This document shows, in pieces, positions 49,788 through 59,800 of a stretch of DNA of 64,000 nucleotides. How positions within the stretch are numbered: the first letter of the stretch is position 1; each line of letters begins with the position of its first letter. Source of the DNA: Selaginella moellendorffii (Eukaryota > Plantae > Lycopodiophyta); contig NW_003314261.1 of NCBI RefSeq assembly GCF_000143415.4, forward strand, positions 434,001-498,000, read 5' to 3'. Position numbers and translations under genes: made by a program. The notes beneath the pieces were generated by a model. That model was not told where the DNA came from. It searched no databases and saw nothing but the letters and a program-made list of their open reading frames with translations.

Positions 49788-52700
49788 AAAGGCTGTACCC
49801 AGTGTTGGGTGATGAGCTGCCCACTGGGAAGTCCAAAACTAGAGTGAACATAAACTGACAAGTGGAGTAGCTTGGTGAAGTGTTCAAGAGTCGACTCTAG
49901 TTCTCCCGGGAGATTGACTGGCCGATACTCCCAGTCCAAGTGTGGGTGGCACTACCTACTTGGATACCAAGCGTGGCTCAACGGAACCTCGCTCTAAGCC
50001 CATGGTTAGAGCACCCAAAAGCGAAAGGTGGGGAGAGTACTCATGAGGCTCGCGTAAGGCCACGGTGTTTTGAAATGTTGCCCCAAAGTCCCAAACTGTG
50101 AAAAGGAAGAGGAGCCATCCTCTAGTGTAGAGACCAAGGATATGGTCATGTGAGGTGGAAGTCCCAGTGGACTGTGGGACTTAGTGGTCGGGTTTGTGGG
50201 CCTTGACCCAGTGGCAGTGTTGGCGAACACGGCCATGAATAGAAAGGGACTTGGTGGGGACTGGAAAAGGGATATTGAGGAAGGCTAATCCCCATGTCTG
50301 TGGGCATCCTAAAGATGCTAAGGAGTGTATCTGGGATGATCACTCATGGATGGATGACCCAGTCCTTGAGAGACGGGACTATGATACAAGTGGTGGTAGA
50401 CCACCGGTGTGACCAAGGTGAAGAGTATGGCCTTAGCGTAACAAATTGATATGTCGATGGTACCTTGGGGTGTCAGTCATGAGATCGGACACGTGGAGCA
50501 CTTGGGCCAAGTGTAATGGTTGAGTGGCATGGATGCCATTCTTGGGGCTTGTAAGTCCCTAAGTCCAAAATAGGACTTATGGAGGTTATAAGTGAGACTC
50601 CTCCAAGTGGTCAGAGGTGTGGTTAAGTGACTAAAGTAGAATGGAAAATTTAGTCACTTACATTTCCATCTTACCTTATGCGCTGTCAATGGTGCAATGG
50701 GTTGTGACTTGCCATGAGCAGCCAAGGATGATAAAGTCCTTCAAAGAGGACATTCCAAGACATTGGTAGTCAACCATGAGGAAATCCACCTTAGAAATAA
50801 CACCCTACACTGAGATCTTGACACCACAGTAAATGCCTGTTAGAGGAATGGTATGGTTGGCAAAGGTCTTGAGCACAATGGAGGAGCTCTCAGTTATCTA
50901 TAGCTGTGCTGAAAAGGCAGCTTGGAGAGAGATAATGTTGCTTCTAGAGAACCAGAGTCAACCAAAGCATCCATCCTACAAGAGGAAGTACCAATCTGCA
51001 CTAGGACAAAGAATGGGCCAGGATCTCCACCATATCTTGTCATGTCAACAATGTGCACCTTTGGAGGAGTCCTCTTTGAGAGTGCTCTCTGGTGTTCCTA
51101 GCTGTGCAAACTCCTCTAAATGCTGGCCGAATCCCGGGACAAGACACAACATATCTCAGAGCGAAAAGGTGATGGGAGTGTCAACCAGCTGTTGAAGAAT
51201 CGACTCCAGAACGGGAATAGCTATTGATGAGATCTCAGGAGGAGAAAAGAGTAGTGACTTGAACGGGAGTTTACAAGCCACCCTCTATATCACTGGATCT
51301 AGTGCCAACAGAGATTCACTCTCAACTAACACTGGGGGATCTATGGTAGGCTGAGCGGCTACCTTCTTCTTTGCTTGGGCTCAAGTGGCTGTAGTTTGTT
51401 GCTGTTGCCTATAGAGTTCCTTGGCTACCAAAATCATGTTGACCAATGAGGCAAGTGCCTTGCCTTTGCTTGATGAAGGGGCTACCTCAATTGCTTGTCG
51501 CTCCAACTGCTCCTGATATGTCTCTTGACTCTGAGACAATGTCAAATTATCAGCAAAAGGATGTTGTTGGACACGTCAAGAAGATGGAGGCCAAAGCTCT
51601 GGGTGAAGCTTGAAGCAGCACTACGTGTTGTGTGTGTTCGTCTCACAGTAAGTGCACCAACGGGACTTAAATCTACATACCCGAGCTGTAGCGGCCTCTT
51701 TCTTGGACTCCATTAGCTCCTAGAACAGTTTGTTATGGTGTGATTGTTGCTGAAGAATGATCTCCTTCAGTTGCCACATCTCGTTGACGAAGTTCTCAAT
51801 AGCCGGAGGTGTATACTCAATAGTGACAAGCTTTGGTATGGACGGCAAACAATTGTATAAGGTGACTCTGACGGGATGATAGCTTGGTTGAAATCAACTC
51901 TAACAATCCCCAGGTCAACAAGAAGCTCTCTTTCCAGCTTCGTGGCAAATGAAAATGCCTCACAACAAAACTTGAATATCTTCTTAAGAAGTTTCTGCTG
52001 CAAGTTCCCATGTAGACCTGCTGTGAATGCCATGATCCCCTATTGCTCATCTTGGACCACTTTGTGATCCCAACACTACTTCCAATATGCTCGAAACTGG
52101 GTAATGTAGTCAGGAACAGACTCGTGAGCACCCTACCGAAACGAAAAGAGGTCGACAAGTAGCCAATTTGTGGGTTTTTCTTCAATGAAACGTTCTCTGA
52201 AAAAAGCGAGTGGTGTCTGGAAGTTTGTTCGGTCCTTTGGGAGAAGAGAATTTGCCCAAGTTGCTGCTTTGTCTTTGAGAGACTGCAAGAAGTCACGGCA
52301 TATACGATCATTGTCGAAGATCATGTTTGTGGTGCAATAGTAATCAAAGTGACTGATATGCGATGTTGGAGAGATTGTTTCAACACCTGAGAAGGTCAAT
52401 AGATCACTCCCCTTCTGCAGAACATGGAGTTGAGGTCAAGCTAAAGGTGGCTGCACCATAGCTCGTAGATCTAAGTCACTAGAATCTGCCAAGGATGAAG
52501 AGGACTTGACCCGAAAAGGTGTTGTGTCATACCTAAGTTGCCTTTGGATGTTAGAAAGCTTACTCTGTACCTTAAGGCCTTAAGGTATGGTAAAAGGGAG
52601 CCAATTTGTGGCACATCTAGTTTGTACTAGCATCAAATACCCTAAATACTGCAAATGCCCGGTCAAGGAAACTGGGTCAACAGGAGCAAGAAGACTGTAG

Positions 52701-55700
52701 GTTAGTGCTCAAGTTGCTCAAAATGCCTATGACAAAGAGAAATAAGGGTAAAAATGGAAGGAGATGTAGGCCTCAAGTGCACATAACCGAAGTAGCCGTT
52801 GGAGTAGCCGGTAACCAATAAATAGTTACCAGTAACTAGGGACATGTAACCTGTAACCTGTAACCGATAACCCCCCTGCTCTCACTTCTACTCCTACGCC
52901 TGCTCCAACACCAACTCCTATCCCTACGGCTGCTCCTACTATCCCTGTTCCTATACCAACTCTTGTTCCTGCTCCTCCTGTTCCTATTCCTACGCCAACT
53001 CTTGTTCTTGCTCCTCCTATTCTTGTTCTATGCCAACTCCTCTTCCTTGAAGATTGCTTCGTTCCCAAGGAACACCTAACAAAGTTTAGCCCGAAAGAGA
53101 AAAATGAGTCCTTTGGTCTTGATCCTTCCCCATTTTGATAGTTGGTGGGCTCATTGGAAAGGGCTTAGCCCCATCTACCCTCTGCTACAAGAATTTGTGA
53201 AGAATCTACCTCAATATTCCCTGAAATCTAAGAAGAGGTAGCCCAGAACACCAATATTGTATAAAAAACATGTGCATGTCACTGATGTAGATTGATACTA
53301 AGGCCCCATTAGTACTTTTGGAAAACCCAGGACTAGGAGCACCTTTAGAAATAAATAGCATCCAAAACAAATCCCGGAGAAGCACGAATTCCTGCTACAT
53401 AAATGACCCAATCTAGCTAGAGAAGAAAATCCTTTTGCATGCTGTCAATTTGCCTAAATCTAGCACCAAGAATCACCACTACTCGTAGATCTAGGTCAGA
53501 TCTACAAGCCCAAATGCACTACCTTGAGAAATTGGGCCGAAGATCTAGGCGAGAAAGTGAAAACCCCAAAATGTTCATCTGATCAAGCCAAGAAACGTTG
53601 TATCTCTTCAAATATTACACGGTTTGATAAGTGCCATACCTTTCTAGAAAGAGGAGCTCCAGACCTATCCAACAAGCCTAAGATTCAACAAAACCACTGC
53701 AAGATGAATAAGAAATTGGTTCCCAAAGTTTGTGGCCAAAAGAAAAAGAGAGAAATGACGTCTTAGAAAGTGTTGCGCATCATGCCGAGTTCACCATTTG
53801 TTAGGGGAAGGAAGAGCACTTCCCCCAACACTCGCTCAAACACGAGAAATGCTTTGATGCTCTCCACAAAATGCCCCTCTTGCCCTTGTGGGGTAAGGGT
53901 TTTATACAAGGAAGATGGGGTATATTCCAAGGCCTAGAATATTCCCTCTCTCTCTCTCTCTCTCTCAGTGGCCACGCCCTAACAAAAGAAGAGGCTTTAG
54001 CAAACTAAGAGACAATGTCCTTTCAAGGTTCCTAAAGACAATTCTAGGTAGATTATTACCTAGAAAGATAAATGTAAATGGTTAATAAAATTCACGAAAT
54101 CAAAATGGCATAACAAAAGCGTGGTCCTAAAACTTGCCATGAGGTGAGGCTTTCAAGGTTGGGGAAATTAATCCCTGAGTGTTCAAAGAGATAGCTTTGA
54201 ATGAAAGTTGATAGTTAAGAACTTTCACACTTATACATAAAACCATGTTATGCTAGTTAGGTGATTTGCTAAGCAAAATTTGCAAATCGAGGGGAACAAA
54301 TACCTTAATTGAAAGTGTTGACTTCAAAAGGGTGGCCCATAAGGCCAAGCATGAAAGAGTCCATACATGATTACAGACTTGTCAAGTAAGAGGATTTGGC
54401 AATTCAGAGGAATTAGGTTCATAAGTTGTGATCCATAATGTGTTTTAAATATAAATTGGTGCATCAACATGGGGAATCACGCCAGGTATCTTGGGTGATG
54501 CCATCTGTAAATGCATATATGAAGGTTGGGCTCAAGTCCCAACCCTTTAGTGCTTGGGTTCAAGTCTTAACTCACTAGGGCATGGTAATGGTTTGGAATA
54601 TAAGGATATTTATCTTTTAGTGGTCATGGACTCTCAGTAAGGAGACTGGCTTGGGCACATTGCCAAGCGGGGGATGCCCCGAAGTTATAATGCATAATTA
54701 GATTGCTTAGTATGAAAGTTTAGCATATTTAATTAAACACTTTGGTACAAGTAGCACCAAGGATGTGGTGAATAAAATAATAGACCCTTGGCTGAAAGGG
54801 CTGACTTGGGCACACTGCCAAATATGGGGGATGCCCTTGAGATCATGGTCAATAAATTAAAAGTCTAGAAAACTTAGTACCTATTAACAAATATGTTAAA
54901 GTGTCAAACTTAGATCATTAGGTGATCTTATGGCTAAACAAGGACAAAGTCTTTGTGAGGTTAATGAATAAAATTCTTAATTCAAAGTGTTGATTTGAAT
55001 TATTGGTAATGGTGTGGCTTGGTCAAAGTGACCAAGTGGGAAAGATACCTTAGGGAAATGAATTCCAACAATGAAATGATATTGTAAGTCCAAGAAAATA
55101 ATCTCTAAAAAAGGACTCATAAATGGGTTGCAAAGTTGGGTTGTGGATAAAGCCTATAACAGAAAATGCTAAAGAAACCTATTAGGGGTAAATACCCTCT
55201 AAAGTTGGCAAAGCAGAACCTTTGTTATAGGGCCAAAGTGATATTTCAAGGATGGAGGTGGTGATTCTATATTGCATGGTGCAACAATTAAAGGATAGAA
55301 GCAAAAGATTAGTGGCCAAGATTGGGCCATAGAAATCATTAAAAGGAATTTAAATGGCAAAGTTAGGCAAAGAACACTCATGTGTTGAATGCTAACAGAT
55401 TGTGGGAAAAGACATATGTTTCCAAGGAAGAATTCCTAAATGCTCCAAGTTGGAAGCTCCAAAAGAGATAGAGTAGTAAAGTAGCCAAATGATAACCCTA
55501 ACACGAATTATAGATAAGTGGCAATTAGTGCCAACGATGGTATGAAATAAAAGAGAGGATGATAGTGCCCTCAAATAAAGAACTTCTTAAGATGGCAAAG
55601 TGGTGCAATACAAAGTGTCAAACACACCTAGGAAATTGACACAAGATGTCAACATTAAAGTTCTAGAGTGCAAGGATTATGCTAGTAAAAGCTGAGACTA

Positions 55701-56891
55701 CTCTTGAATGAGTAATAAAATTGAAATAGAGATAGTGTTTTTAACAAGTTTAGCATGAACTAAATGAACAAAAAGGGAAAGACCACCATAAAGGTCTAAA
55801 GAGTCTCTAAATTGGAGAGATTATACTCTTTAGAGGATGGACAAGGCATGGTGAACTTTCAATGTCAAATTATTGACAAATATTGGTTGGGTGCCTACTT
55901 TGTAAAATGGTTCATCGTTCAATGAGTATATCAAACTTCATCTATGGGTAGTGGATTTGTGAGATACAAATCCCAGAGCCCCAAAAGTGGAGCAAAAAAA
56001 GTGCCATATAATAGTGGCCAAAGTGGAAGCCAAATAAGTGTAACACGTTGAGATTAAAAGCTTTGACTTGAAAAGTTGAGAGTAGGAGTGGAACTCTCAA
56101 TAAAGTGCTCAAAGAACGAGCACAAAGCAAGCAATAAGTGAGTCTCTAGAAAAGGGATACAAGAAGGCCAACACATCACACATGGAAGTGTCAAAATGGA
56201 CTCAAGATGGAGTCTAAGATAGACCTGAGACAGAGTCTGAGATGGAATCCGAGATAGACCCGAGACAATGTCTGAGATGGAGTTCAAGATGGACCTGAGA
56301 TGGAATATGAGATAGACCCAAGATGGAATCTGAGATAGACCCAAGATGGAGTTTGAGATGGAGTTTGAGATGAATCCAAGATGAAGTTTGAAATGGAGTC
56401 CGAGATGGACCCAAGATGGAATCTGAGATAGAGTTTGAGATGGAATCTGAGATGGGCCCGAAATGGAGTTTGAGATGGACTTGAGATGGAATTTGAGATG
56501 GACCCAAGATGGAGTCCAAGACAGAGTCTAAGATGGAACTGAGATCGAGACCAAGATTGAGACTAAGTCCAAGTCCAAGTCCAAATATTAATACAAGTTG
56601 TTGGGTGAAAGCCCAAAGTGATCATCCCTGGAGGGGGGGGGGCTGCAAGGTGTTCCAAAAGTATAGTATGAAGATTTGGGGGTTGAACACCAATGGAACT
56701 AGTTTGGCCAGGAAAGACTAGTGTGACCAAGGAACCTCTTTCACATCCTCATTATCCTCTATATTTCCAATGAGTGTAAAGTCTAGAATTTTGTTAGAAG
56801 CTAGTGGTGTGTTGCTTGTTGACACACTGTCACTGTAATAAATGAGTCCGTTGCGTTCTGCATAGCCCGTTTTCTCTTCCGTTGGCAGCTC

Positions 56892-59800
56892 ACCTCTTGT
56901 TGAGCAAAGTCACATTTGCTCTCTTTAGCATAAAGTTTGTGTTCCCTTAGTTTCTCAAACACCTTCGCCAAGTGTTCGGCATGCTCCTCTAACGTCTCGC
57001 TATAGATCAGGATGTCGTCAATATAGACGACCACGAAGTGATCCAGATAGGGTACAAAGATGTGGTTCATCAACGCCGAAAACGTTGCCGGCGCATTGCA
57101 CAGCCCAAAGGGCATCACTAGAAACTCAAAGCTCCCATACCTTGTTCGACAGGTTGTCTTCTCGACATCTTCCTCAGCTACCCTGATCTGGTAGTATCCT
57201 GACCTTAGGTCAATCCTCGAGAAGTATTTTGCCTTTCCCAACCTATCGAACAGGTCCTCAATCCTTGGCAAAGGGTACTTGTTACGGACATGGGGGATAT
57301 AGATGCGTTCCATGCCTTTATATCAGGTTTGCAAACCTGGGCTCGCAGTGAGGTGATGCGCTGGAACCCGACCAACTACAAGGAAGCGTTGGATGCGGCC
57401 ATCAAGGTGCATTTCAACGATAACCTGCGAAAGGGGAACACGACGGGGTCGGGATCCACGTTTCACAAAGGGGCCAAACCGAGGGGAACAGTATCGCACC
57501 AAGTTGAAATTCAGCACAGCCTATCACCCACAGACAGACGGACAAACAAGGTCGGTGGGCCAATGCCTTGGCCGAGTTTGATTGCGAAATTCTGTACAAG
57601 CCTGGGAAGAGCAACATCGTGGCGGATGCGGACAGCGGAATGCGAGGCGGCATTCGTCCACCTCAAAGGGAAGTTGAGGAAGGCTCCCGTATTGGCATTG
57701 CCAGACTTTGGTAAGGACTTTGAGGTAGAAACGGATGCTTCGGACTTTGCGTTGGGCGCAGTTCTGAAGCAAGACAACCATCCGGTAGCGTTCTTCTCGA
57801 AGAAGCTGGACAAGGCTCAACGGAAGTGGCCTGCCCATGAGAAGGAATTGTTTGCGGTGGTCAAGGCACTCAAGGAGTGGCGACACTACCTTGGGAGACA
57901 CTTCAAGGTTTACACGGACAATGTGGCAACGAAACACTTCTTGTCACAGCCCGACCTAAGAGGTAAAGTTTCTCGGGCATGTGGTGGGCCAGGACGGGCT
58001 CAAGGTGGACCCGGAGAAGGTCCAAGCGATCCAGGAATGGGAGCGACCATCCAATGTACATGAGTTGAGGGCATTCCTGGGGCTATGCAACTACTATCGA
58101 AAGGCAAATCCGGTGGCCAGCGAGCAAGTACGTGGGGGAGTCAAGCGAAAAGAGACAAACCCACGGATAAGAAGGTCAAGTCATATAGCAGCGTGGGAAA
58201 CAACGTATGCTACAACTGCGGTGAAGCGGGACACTTTTCGAGGGAATGTCCCTACCCGAAGAAGGCCAGAGCCAATATGGCCATCAAGTCGGGTGAAGTC
58301 CAAAATGAGGTATGTGATCCAGTCCCTAACTCAAAGTTACTCATTACACGAGCAACTTTGGTAGAGAGTCATTCGCGACATCTACTAGCCCTCCGAGGGA
58401 AGCTCGGAGGTAGCTTTGTTAAGATCCTTATTGACACGGGTGCTTCGGATAATTTTGTGGCTGCAGACATAGTCCGGCAAGCCGGACTAACGGTGCAGCG
58501 GCTAGGCGAACCAAGGACTATAGAGTTTGTTCAAGGTAGCCAAAGCACCGATGAGGTACTTCGACAAGCGAAAGTCGAAGTAGGGACATGGAAGGTAGAC
58601 ATGGATTTCACCGTGTTGGACATGGCGGGATTTGACGTGATCTTCGGAATGGATTGGTTCAATCGGTTCGTGGTAGCCCTACATGGACAAGGTAGGAACC
58701 TTGTGGTACTGGCGAATGCCCAAGGAAGAAGATCTAGGGTGGAAGCCCAGGATCTAAAGGTAGGGCAAAGCAAGGCCAAAGAATCCTGCTTAAACCTAGT
58801 GTCCACGAGAGGACAACTCACTAAAGGAACTAAGGCAGCCTTTTTGTGCTTACTCTCGGTGAAGAGTGACAAAAAGACAAGAACGGAAGAAGTGCCTTTA
58901 GTGATCCAGCGAGTGTTGGACCAATTCCAGGATACCATGCCGGAGGAGCTACCGGCGGGGTTACCCCCAGCACAACCGATAGAACATAAGATTGAGCTGG
59001 TCGAGGGTGCTGAGGCAGTGGTTCGTCCCCCTTATTGTTTGAACGAAAAAGAACTCAAGGAGCTCAAGTGCCAACTAGAGGAGTTGGTGGACAAAGGGTA
59101 TGTTAGGTTGAGCAAGTGGCATATGTTGGGACCCGAAGGCGCGCCAAAGGTAAGCTAATTAGCATGGGTTGGATAGGTCGACCAGGCGTAGGGCACTACA
59201 CCCGACTCCCCGCGGGGATGTCGAATCCGTAGACGTATTCTACGGAGGTTGGGTTCGAGTCCCAACCCCCTAGTAAAGCAAGGCTAGGTTCAAGTCCCGA
59301 CCCCATACTAGGGCGTGGTGAGGTGAGGAGTATAGGGACACCTATATTCCGTTGTCATGGGCTCTTGGCCGGGGAGGCTAACTTAGGCACACCGCTAAGT
59401 GGGGGGATGCAGTTTGGTATCGGAGCCTTTATCTCAGTTCTAGCGAAGGATAGAGGCAGATTGCTGGGAGATGGCAAGGGCAGGGCGTAAGCGAACCCAG
59501 GCGGAGACGGAACCTCCGCCGGAGCTGGAGCCTCCGGTTGAACAAGAGGCTATGGATGAGGAATCCTTGCATGAGGAGGACTCTAGTGAGGAAACTTCCA
59601 AACAGGAGTCCGGTGGCGAGGTTCGGTCGTCCAAGGCTCGATTGGACGTGCTAGAAGGACAGTTGGCACAGACCAATGCCCTGCTGGAGACTCTTGTACG
59701 CAAGTTAAAGCGTGACGAGAAGCGGAAGAAAAAGCGAAAGACTGCGGATGAAGGCAGCGCAGAAGGTGCGGACCCTTCGGCAGGGACTGAGGCAAAACCA

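Larger units (their letters stand above)
42008..50662 (+). mobile_element. Full-length non-autonomous LARD-like LTR element (LARD-B), 8.65 kb
   Basis: 5' LTR 42008-43704, PBS TGGTATCGAAGC, 3' LTR 48894-50662 preceded by GGGTGGTGGAG; TSD TTTCC at 42003-42007 and 50663-50667; no gag/pol motifs recognised internally. Confidence 0.92.
38123..53984 (-). mobile_element. Degenerate non-chromovirus Ty3/gypsy element with short LTRs, tRNA-Trp-like PBS and 4-bp TSD
   Basis: LTRs 38123-38315 and 53799-53984; TSD AAAG; PBS TGGTGAACTCGGCATG next to the right LTR. Remnants of gag (~51750-52420), protease DALVDSGS (~50960), RNase H-like (~41050-41320) and integrase ISDRGNSF...SSYYPERNGQVE (~40000-40780). 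Confidence 0.82.
32950..56720 (+). mobile_element. Old LARD-like non-coding LTR element (outer host, LARD-A)
   Basis: 5' LTR remnants at 32950-33024 and ~34886-35593 (ends TTACA), PBS TGGTATCAAAG at 35596. The internal region is colinear with 43705-48893 once insertions are removed. PPT-like GGGTAGTGGA, then a truncated 3' LTR from 55958. Confidence 0.75.

Noticed and set aside
57290-59158. Novel fusion proteins (257 aa and 357 aa ORFs)
   Set aside because: Chimeras of shuffled gag/pol fragments created by the rearrangement.
59245-59300. tRNA gene or SINE at the GGTTCGAGTCC motifs
   Set aside because: No canonical acceptor/D-arm geometry, convincing A-box, tail or TSD; treated as a structured cis-element instead.
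59400-59427. PPT-TG/CA-PBS junction (LTR collapsed to 4 bp)
   Set aside because: GGGGGGATGC is homologous to an internal hairpin in the LARDs (gagggatgcctc), so it is probably not the PPT.
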